Part shown: one piece after another, positions 47,801-53,900 of the stretch
How positions within the stretch are numbered: position 1 is the stretch's first letter
Layout of the letters: the number at the start of each line of letters is the position of its first letter
Source: a virus
Lineage: Duplodnaviria; Caudoviricetes
Length of the DNA stretch: 53,900 nt
Strand: one strand, 5' to 3'
IMG/VR virus record: IMGVR_UViG_3300030107_003563
Location: 1-53,900 of that record
The notes under the pieces: model-generated
Databases searched by the model: none
The model's input: the letters and a program-made list of their open reading frames with translations, nothing else
What the model was told of the DNA's origin: nothing
Program-made: the position numbers and the translations under genes

Positions 47801-50800
47801 GCTAACATCCAGTACGACGAAAATGCTAGTTATGATATAGTTGATAACTCTGATTCAATAATAGAATCAACAGAAGGTGTTATTGAGACAGGCGAACTAA
47901 GGAAAATACTAGGTATAGATATAGAAAGTGATTTAGCAAAAGAAGTTATATCTACAGTAGAAAATATTATTGCAGAAGATCCAAGTTTTGATGTTAACGA
48001 AAAGAAATTTAGACAAGGTTTAGAAAAAAGATTTGTTGATGCTTTTAGAATTAAAATAAAAGAATTAATTGGTAAAGATAAAGAATCGTTTTCTAATTTC
48101 TTAATAGAAAATAAAGATGCTATTACTAGTTTAATAGCTTTTAAATATAAAAATAGATTTCCAGAATTAACTAAAGGAACAGGTGCAAGAGAAAAAACCG
48201 CACAAGGAAATCAGATATTTGAGTTAGTAAAAATGTCCGATGAAGATTTTGTTGCTTTATTCACAGAGGGTAGAAAAGGTTGGGAAACTAGAAGAAATAG
48301 TTTGATAGATGCATTATCTGCTGAACTTGGTTTAGATGCTACATTTGACGCTTATAAAACTGTTAATCCTGATGGTTTAGAAAATAATTTAGCTTATATA
48401 ACAACCGCTATAGATAGAGATTCCAATGTTAAGTTTAGTCACGCGGGAACAATATGGGATATAACCGCTGAATATCGAGGCGATTCACAACGTTTTACAA
48501 ATGATGTTAGAGCTATATTCATGACCATGACTACTAATCAAAATTTTTTAGAAAGATTAGATAAAGAAAACTGGACTTTACTTGGTTATGATTTCCCACC
48601 AGCAGCTGTAGCTTGGACTTATAAGAATTTTTATGATCCAAACGATAACGCTATAAGCCAAAGATATATGAGCGTTATAAAGAACAACCCTAACCTTAAA
48701 GGTAATCCTGCTTTAGAAGGCTTTTTAAATCAAGGTACTTTTAGATATGATGAAGACGCTCAAGCTGAACAACACAATGCTAACTATGTTGTTGTGACAG
48801 AGTTTTTACCTGCTAGTATATGGGAGTTATTAAATGGTAGAGGTTTTGGTTATATTAAAAGAGGTATGGATGCCGCTGCTAGTAAGCTTAACGAAAAAGG
48901 CCCTAGAAAAGATGGTAAGAAAATGCCAGCTAGCAACCTGTCACACCGTGGTAAAACTCCACTACAGGTAAAAAACTGGGAGTTTGATTATGAAAAAGGA
49001 TTATTTGTTGGAACCGTTAATGGTGAAATCGTAACTAGCTTAGACCCAGTAAAAGAACATGGAGCTAAACTTATAACTGGTAAGCATTTTTTAAATTATA
49101 ACAGTATAAACGATAATTTAAACGAAGACTTAGAGTTTGATCAAGAGATTATTGATAATGTTAGAATAATGAATAAGGATGTTAACGGTGGTATTATGGC
49201 TAGGTATGACGCTATTAGATATGGTAGTGTAGAGGAGTATGGAGAGTATGGCACTGTGGAAAGAAGAAACAAACAAATAGCAGCGATAAAACTAATGTTA
49301 CCAGAAGTAATAGCTGCTAACAAAGCTAATGTTGAAATAGTTGTTACTTTAAATCAAGCTTGGTTTAATGCTATGTTATCTGGAAAAGTTAATGGTGCTC
49401 AATATTTAAGATTTTTACAATTACAAACAAACGACACATTAGGACCTAAAGGATTATCAACTATCACTGGTATACAATTACCCAACGAACCTAGAAAAGA
49501 GGGTGATAAAACACAAGGAGAGCATTTAATCGTTAATGCAGAGACTATGGCTAAAACAGCTGATTTAATGGCTAGAGCTCTTGAGTTTGATTCTGATGGA
49601 AATGTTATTGGATATAAAAAAGGTTTTGACGCGGACAAAGTAAAGGCAGAATTACAAAAAATATACAAAGCAAATACTCAGTTATTATTAGATGGTACTA
49701 TCAGTCAAGAGATGGATGCTGGACCTGGTGGCAAGACTAGTAGTGCTGCCGAACAAAGAGTTAACTTTATAAAGAGTGACGTTGATTTAATATCTATTGA
49801 CGGTACAGATTATAACGAAAGTGTACAAGATCAAAAAATTAATGATGCGGTAGAAGAATTAACAGCAGAACAAGAAATTATAAATATTAAAAATAGTAAA
49901 GTACAATCTGCTATAGAAAATATTATAGATAAATCAAATAACAACGCGGAAGTACAAGGCGCTAGCGTGTTTGATTTTGACGAGACTGTTGGTATTAGTG
50001 ATAACTATGTTATAGCAACTCGTTATAACAAAGAAACAGGCGTAACAGAGGAAGTTAGAATATCATCTGCTGATTGGCCAACCATGGGAGAGAAAATGAT
50101 TAACGAAGGTTGGACTATGGATTTTTCAGACTTTAACAAAGTAACAGATGGAAAACCTGGACCATTATTACCTAAGTTAAAAAATCAAATAGAAAAATAT
50201 GGTGTTGATAACGTTTATATATTAACAGCAAGAGCAGCTGAAAGTGCTGAAGCTATAAAAGCTTGGTTAGCATCTGAAGGTATAGATTTACCTATAGAAA
50301 ATATCGTTGGATTAGGAGATAGTACCGGCCAGGCTAAAGCTGATTGGATAGAGCAAACTCTTATATTTAACGGGTTTAATGATATATATTTTGTAGATGA
50401 TGCATTTTCTAACGTAGATGCTGTTGATAAAATGTTTAATAAATATCCTCCAGGTTTAATTGCCGATGGAGGTAAGTCTGTTTTGGTTAGACCTGAGCAT
50501 AGAGAAACACATGTTAAGTTTAGTGATAAAACTAATAACGAAACAATGAATATTTTTATCGAACAAACTTCTGGCGTTGATAGAAATAAAAGATATTCCG
50601 CGGCTCAAGCTAGGTTAAAAAGCGCGGCTAAATCTATGTTTAGTTTTAACAATCTTATACCTTATTCGGCTGAAGATTTTAGAGGTTTGTTATATCAGTT
50701 TTTAGCTTCAGGGGATATTGGTGAATACCAAATGGCTTGGTTTGAGGAAAAACTTATAAAACCTTATAGTAATGGTGAATTAAAAATTCAAGAAGCTAAA

Positions 50801-52993
50801 GTAGCTATAACAGAAGCATTTAATAAGTTAAAGAAAGATTTACCTAAAATTCAAAAATCTTTAAAAGAAAGAATAGAAAGACCAGATGGTAGGGATAGTG
50901 GTTTTACGATAGACCACGCTATAAGATTATATCTTTGGCATAAAAATGGTATTGTAACACCAAAGAATGCTAGTAAAAAATTAGGAATATCTAAAAGAGA
51001 TTATGATTTACTATTAAACACGGTATTAGCCGACCAAGGCTTAATAACATTCGCCAATCATTTAGGTGCAGCAACAGGTTTAAAAGAAGGATATGTTCAA
51101 CCTGGTAAACACTGGACGGTAGAAAATATAGCTAGCGATATTAGTAATGCTATAAACGTTGTTGGAAGAGAAACATATTTGTCAGAATTTATTAAAAATA
51201 AAAACGAAATATTTTCTGAAGAAAACTTAAATAAAATAGAGGCTATACACGGTATTAAGTTTAGAGAAGCTCTTGAGAATATATTAGACCGTATGGAAAC
51301 CGGTAAGTCTCAAGGAAAAACAGTGGTAAAAACGGACAGAGTTACAAACATGTATAATAATTGGGTAAATAATTCTGTTGGTGCCATCATGTTCTTAAAT
51401 GGTAGATCCGCTGTGTTACAGACACTTTCGACTTTTAATTACGTTAAAATGACAGGGCCTAATAATATGGTTAATGCCGCTGCAGCTTTTGCTAATCAAC
51501 CTCAATTTTGGGCAGACTTTGTTGCTCTTTGGAAATCTGACTACTTAGTGTCAAGAAGATCTGGCCAACAACGTGGTATTAACGAAGCTGAATTAATGGC
51601 AGCTGTAGAAAAAGCAGACAACAAAGCGAAAGCAGCTGTAGCTTGGTTATTAGAAAAAGGGTTTTTACCTACACAAATAGCTGATAGTTTTGCTATTGCA
51701 GCTGGAGGAGCTGGATACGTTAGAAACTACGCTAATTCAATTGAGAGTATATTATCTGGTGATCCAGCTACTATGTTTGATGATCAAGTTATATTTACGC
51801 AATCAGACTTAGATGCCGCGCTAGAAGGTAGAAATTTAAGTGATTTAAGTCCAGAAGAGATAAATCAACTAGCTTTTGAAATGGCAAAACAAAAGTGGGT
51901 ATTAGAAACAGAATCTGGCCAGCAGTCGTCAAGACAAGATATGTTATCTCAACAACAAACAGGAGGTTTAGGTAGGTTGATACTTGCTTTTAAAAATACT
52001 CCAATGCAGTATACTAGAAAGATACTTAGATCTGTACAAGATCTTAAAAACGGTAGAGGTAATCCCGCTGATCATATTAGTAAAATAGCATACTACGGTG
52101 TTGTTCAAAACATGATGTTTACAGGATTACAACAAGCATTATTTGCTAAGCTAGGTGAAGATGACGAAGAGTGGGATAAATCTACTGACAAGGTTATACA
52201 AGGTATGGTTGATAATATATTAAACGGTATGGGATTAACTGGAGCTGTTGTAGTTACTGTTAAAAACGGAGTTCTTGAATTCCAAGAGCAAGATAAAAAA
52301 GGTTGGAATGCTGATCACACTTATACTGTTTTAGAATTTGCAAACTTCTCTCCTACAATAGGTAGTAAACTTAGGAAAATATATAGTTCAATAAAAGGAC
52401 AGCAAATAAATGAAGACGTAATAGCTGAAATGGACTTATGGGATCCTCAAAACCCAGCTTGGGCATCTGTTGCAAACTTAATATCTGGACTAACAAATGT
52501 ACCTTTAGATAGAGCTGTTAATAAAATAAACAATATAATAGCGGCTACAAATAGTGAGAACGAGTTTTGGCAACAATTAGCATTAGTTTTAGGTTGGAAC
52601 ACTTGGGATGTTAATGTTACAACAAAAAGAGATGAGGTTAGAGATATAGTTAAAGAAGAGAAAAAGTATATAAACAAGCAAAACAAGCGTATTGAAAAGC
52701 AGGTTGAAGTTGACAAAGAGGTTGAAGAAGAGGTTAAGGCTGAAGAAGAAGGAAAAGGTAAAGACGTTAATAGATGTGGTGCCACGAAAAGTGATGGCAC
52801 GGGAAGATGTAACGAACCTGTTGATAAAGCTGGACAAAAATGTCAATACCACGCCTCTAAAGAAGAGTTAAAAAACAGGCCAAAGTGCTCGTTCATAAAG
52901 AAAAATGGAAAACAATGTGGTAATTACGCGGTGACTGATGCCGGTGTGTGTAATGTGCCACAACACCAACCTGATTATAAAAAAAGTAAATAA
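41888..52993 (+). CDS. Giant polyvalent virion protein (3701 aa): TM region, HExxH metallopeptidase, sigma-like segment, HAD domain, C-terminal Cys/His fingers
   Basis: HELGH at aa 1696; YDPSTGVPLSAWINKYI; DFDET at aa 2696, ILTAR, FVDD; two C-terminal C..C..C..H units. Confidence 0.75.
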   Translation: MKKPSPFLQEVVEDMLENGASENEIKDVVEVYSETGENLYEQDQEIIDDCNRREGYFWNSEANNGLGACELEVQIEDTPKEEDIDLDFLTETSEIQPKQNVEDYDTFSEQVVRHFEKLPVEMWEFPDQGGYLLENEMFLNGLDVLSRQLEEGIIEHWPVDDNGAQIPLDFDDLKIFNNYLTIRKDYNPYDDGEIGESGYSVNFEKAIFDSYFTNLSKMFVKTTRPLDDAYASGYGKNQRKGLLPPAINKSGVESDEFLKYLIQECDHVRLSRELDRLAERKGTESYNELEEEYNSINGIERKHCYTLSLNAYEDYREWVNNDKLPTDLGELGFDKVVEKRTQQLQSNFSIELSRSNWDRYAKFWILRSRITQVTTDDIKIGMGLTDPWLTDKDMRERAELDPSLYNTEEFRNAIRDEKKRYYRNMLPNVEDFEEQLTSWTGGLNETNLRKILVESFKNQFGANWEGTTHSVAGVEIAETGDWVNKDDFWIEELVVGLDAIRVHHPSGFYMDINLEGEPECYKSGVIMKSYERDICKDKTHKWLQTIINSISNFMAGPSDKSIDGGYAFSDNWDEIGFKIMHKDGRTWDEVRDAGLTKRKLNTLKFAYPDQPEILLEDMVHSDQGVPYTYEMAGGTGSDLAWYRIDQDGNKQLIETCEEQVARYIDYRNKGKEWYGDVPKCQTKNESEDSKYARALKSFLTYRYYFQTRSLNGIHVGLQGPKLENKFYYQAQENSVFMDTDVDKTISILSEWYGKLGFTFSNTKDKYGGISKAFGDCAGEQIVVTYKGDSIKFPTGLDCMVSETKYMGSEMAPTPTEIIAAIIGSARNKLTSFIDSKIDPVYLTNVELDTAIWDRMYGPEGVLNLTKKQKGELEDFLYNEEDKIRAGITTADYNDLTAVREKIYKGDKDSEYAAQINLAIKTFRDLGIPSDKITEERIIEFVTNIIKANKIDEFREINFSKWYHSSQGKQDKKFWKDADKEDIKIKLEAIGAVKAGEIEIEVENSLELIKTKEQQIKTSPEYQWVQSHLDNILNPDHQYELTNAEILTGDWYRVETGPAAGKIMPMRIAIQYAIYLKAVEEKYEVLNKQREEVDKKIFQIEDIDACLRTLQKSYSTTAWINWDHFIAGGPLTYSGLVALLNWNSMGREMYTHNTKAKQLRMSEVSQHARISWDEVRGIDDALGFAAQFFSEQAFTFAVMGPFGLTGSIAARAVGGIVGGTVIASTMMTGTYLQAYAVHEANGGTWDNFDPDGTAMMQAVGVGILNGVSAFFSMRYLGNVAQLMQKSGTIRNISRESIMSMMKKSLNLQSGYLGSKLADMFVETSTELIEGYITGEPLEANQALDVFMEVGLFNTILGFIPSMKGAVYSFLGDHKTTEQIRKNEKIKLENEQYVLNWQKESGRELVFDENGNIDWEKTNQNVTDGSKNKTKAHQAGFTIEGVEAKLEENKKLHEQNMSDLKTIFNAGNKFDKVAWFAIGDIYRQQERLRVKFENIQNDTSLSADEKKKKLTDLTIEFNELEQVRVMMVKNPQSNLSRWGALISSKKQADIDKANTIRERVIEKYKKDNNGKTPSDEEIASLASQEYHAELIREDDANVPKRTNLSKSHELKESIDDAVTYLTDLFNDAIQKVKASGDSPARVNALKRELEAAINGIRNGNHGVNFSLEPWKKGEDQKRQSITVVENASRDGRTENRTHELGHTVFIEQLGLNPESYQALSQMALEFLQKHHPQLFIQIQYGVERKKNNLTGANELVADEVVMRFLEFVGDGKVDLNSKNANGLATMMMYFSSKAISKDTNAQFGYRLDGEAGAINFLISLGKKIKEGTFTRKDVETIRKNQFIQEAKDKNAAKVYNTNVKMSVAQAAKVNKIHEEEGDTEMGIWKIMEEYEGMLNKIASVYSNVPGYFESKQDFIDEVKVSSFTNNKGEPYRSLYTLIKEYDPSTGVPLSAWINKYIKVRAIEAAERIFNFDGANIQYDENASYDIVDNSDSIIESTEGVIETGELRKILGIDIESDLAKEVISTVENIIAEDPSFDVNEKKFRQGLEKRFVDAFRIKIKELIGKDKESFSNFLIENKDAITSLIAFKYKNRFPELTKGTGAREKTAQGNQIFELVKMSDEDFVALFTEGRKGWETRRNSLIDALSAELGLDATFDAYKTVNPDGLENNLAYITTAIDRDSNVKFSHAGTIWDITAEYRGDSQRFTNDVRAIFMTMTTNQNFLERLDKENWTLLGYDFPPAAVAWTYKNFYDPNDNAISQRYMSVIKNNPNLKGNPALEGFLNQGTFRYDEDAQAEQHNANYVVVTEFLPASIWELLNGRGFGYIKRGMDAAASKLNEKGPRKDGKKMPASNLSHRGKTPLQVKNWEFDYEKGLFVGTVNGEIVTSLDPVKEHGAKLITGKHFLNYNSINDNLNEDLEFDQEIIDNVRIMNKDVNGGIMARYDAIRYGSVEEYGEYGTVERRNKQIAAIKLMLPEVIAANKANVEIVVTLNQAWFNAMLSGKVNGAQYLRFLQLQTNDTLGPKGLSTITGIQLPNEPRKEGDKTQGEHLIVNAETMAKTADLMARALEFDSDGNVIGYKKGFDADKVKAELQKIYKANTQLLLDGTISQEMDAGPGGKTSSAAEQRVNFIKSDVDLISIDGTDYNESVQDQKINDAVEELTAEQEIINIKNSKVQSAIENIIDKSNNNAEVQGASVFDFDETVGISDNYVIATRYNKETGVTEEVRISSADWPTMGEKMINEGWTMDFSDFNKVTDGKPGPLLPKLKNQIEKYGVDNVYILTARAAESAEAIKAWLASEGIDLPIENIVGLGDSTGQAKADWIEQTLIFNGFNDIYFVDDAFSNVDAVDKMFNKYPPGLIADGGKSVLVRPEHRETHVKFSDKTNNETMNIFIEQTSGVDRNKRYSAAQARLKSAAKSMFSFNNLIPYSAEDFRGLLYQFLASGDIGEYQMAWFEEKLIKPYSNGELKIQEAKVAITEAFNKLKKDLPKIQKSLKERIERPDGRDSGFTIDHAIRLYLWHKNGIVTPKNASKKLGISKRDYDLLLNTVLADQGLITFANHLGAATGLKEGYVQPGKHWTVENIASDISNAINVVGRETYLSEFIKNKNEIFSEENLNKIEAIHGIKFREALENILDRMETGKSQGKTVVKTDRVTNMYNNWVNNSVGAIMFLNGRSAVLQTLSTFNYVKMTGPNNMVNAAAAFANQPQFWADFVALWKSDYLVSRRSGQQRGINEAELMAAVEKADNKAKAAVAWLLEKGFLPTQIADSFAIAAGGAGYVRNYANSIESILSGDPATMFDDQVIFTQSDLDAALEGRNLSDLSPEEINQLAFEMAKQKWVLETESGQQSSRQDMLSQQQTGGLGRLILAFKNTPMQYTRKILRSVQDLKNGRGNPADHISKIAYYGVVQNMMFTGLQQALFAKLGEDDEEWDKSTDKVIQGMVDNILNGMGLTGAVVVTVKNGVLEFQEQDKKGWNADHTYTVLEFANFSPTIGSKLRKIYSSIKGQQINEDVIAEMDLWDPQNPAWASVANLISGLTNVPLDRAVNKINNIIAATNSENEFWQQLALVLGWNTWDVNVTTKRDEVRDIVKEEKKYINKQNKRIEKQVEVDKEVEEEVKAEEEGKGKDVNRCGATKSDGTGRCNEPVDKAGQKCQYHASKEELKNRPKCSFIKKNGKQCGNYAVTDAGVCNVPQHQPDYKKSK

Positions 52994-53014
52994 TTATAAA
53001 AATAAGTGACTATA
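52987..53014 (+). promoter_or_regulatory. Class-B promoter-like motif TAAAT-N14-GTGACTATA
   Basis: 5 nt upstream of ATG 53020. Confidence 0.65.
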
Positions 53015-53019
53015 GAAAA

Positions 53020-53900
53020 ATGGTAAAAAGACTAATAATATTGCTATTACTTGTATCAAATATAGTAACAGCGCAAACGTTTAATAAAGAAGATGTTAAG
53101 GAGCTTTTAAAGTTCTCTACATTTTATGCCGCTGTTAACGGTGGGACATCGCTGTCTGACGTTGATGTGTTTTCTGTAGATAATGGTTTGTCTACACAAA
53201 CTATTTCAACTCCTTATGATTACAACTTGACCATAGGTTTACGTAAGATAGCTAGATTTGGGTATGAAAATAAAGCGAACACTTTTTATGATGGAACGGA
53301 ATCTAATTACAGTGATGCGGCCACTGTTGGTAAAGTTAGAGGAGTTGAATACTTATTTGAAGTAGATTATAAAAGACAGGAAGGCGTAGACTATATGGAT
53401 CAACACCATTTCATTAGATTTAGTTCTGATGATGGTTGTGAAGACGCTTTGTGTGTAAACTTCTTTGCTTTAAAATTAGAATATCTTGAAGATGGTTTTG
53501 CTGATGTAAAATATTTTGAAGCTTCAGAAAGATATAGACATCGTAAAGATAAAAACCTATCATGGAACATAGGTTTAACACATCGTTTAGCAGAACCATA
53601 CGGCTACAACGCATTGGACGAATGGATATTAGACAACGGAAATATACACTATACTTATCTAGCTTTGCAAGAAGGCTATAATGTTGACGTGGCTAATAGT
53701 GAATACTACAACCCAGCTGGAGAGCTTGTTGCTACTAGCGCTGAGGTTTGGGAGGCGGTTGTTATACCAGAAGTTTTATCAGATTATACACAAAGAAAAA
53801 GAAACGAGTTAAAGAAAACAATACAACACTCTTTAGTTATAGGTTTTGATTATTATAAATATTCTAAGTCAACGTGGTTGCACGCTTGGGGAAGTATTAT
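53020..53900 (+). CDS. Exported, possibly outer-membrane protein; 3'-truncated by window edge
   Basis: Not in ORF track; MVKRLIILLLLVSNIVTAQ signal peptide followed by aromatic-rich beta-strand-like sequence, open to window end. Confidence 0.7.
   Translation, partial: MVKRLIILLLLVSNIVTAQTFNKEDVKELLKFSTFYAAVNGGTSLSDVDVFSVDNGLSTQTISTPYDYNLTIGLRKIARFGYENKANTFYDGTESNYSDAATVGKVRGVEYLFEVDYKRQEGVDYMDQHHFIRFSSDDGCEDALCVNFFALKLEYLEDGFADVKYFEASERYRHRKDKNLSWNIGLTHRLAEPYGYNALDEWILDNGNIHYTYLALQEGYNVDVANSEYYNPAGELVATSAEVWEAVVIPEVLSDYTQRKRNELKKTIQHSLVIGFDYYKYSKSTWLHAWGSI

Noticed and set aside
41888-52993. Giant protein as crAss-type virion RNA polymerase
   Set aside because: No DFDID/DxDGD catalytic motif seen; the DFDET string belongs to a HAD motif I context. 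A highly diverged polymerase cannot be fully excluded without profile searches.
9413-53614. Many minus-strand ORFs within the late arm (e.g. 11710-12201, 32409-32795, 37058-37462, 52447-52800)
   Set aside because: Antisense shadows of well-supported plus-strand genes, with no recognisable motifs.
1-53900. Stop-codon reassignment, introns or inteins as in some crAss-like phages
   Set aside because: Genes are intact and densely packed under the standard code; terL, ligase and MCP show no obvious insertions.

Overview
The whole window is an AT-rich tailed-phage genome segment with podovirus-type architecture, most likely infecting Bacteroidota (Flavobacteria). It resembles the crAss-like/Cellulophaga podovirus gene order, and one protein has a T9SS-like C-terminus. 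Bases 1-8400 are a minus-strand early/replication arm: PD-(D/E)XK exonuclease, ERF recombinase, sigma factor, HTH protein, DenV, ATP-dependent DNA ligase and many small ORFs. After a divergent intergenic region (about 8400-8900) a plus-strand late arm carries GroEL/GroES, holin, terminase, portal, scaffold, major capsid, tail/muzzle proteins, probable ejection proteins and a 3701-aa polyvalent protein. Main unexplained patterns: (1) 8-11 small unrelated proteins share an N-terminal MAFKMKG-like leader and an [ST]P[FLIM]xQ motif also found in the probable ejection proteins, suggesting a capsid-targeted cargo system; (2) the giant protein has a metallopeptidase motif, three VK[FM]S motifs and an internal sigma-like segment; (3) two families of five-copy bipartite promoter-like motifs; (4) a twice-occurring long-spacer inverted repeat; (5) a tRNA-like minihelix and other structured intergenic segments. 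All calls come from reading the sequence by eye; no searches were run.
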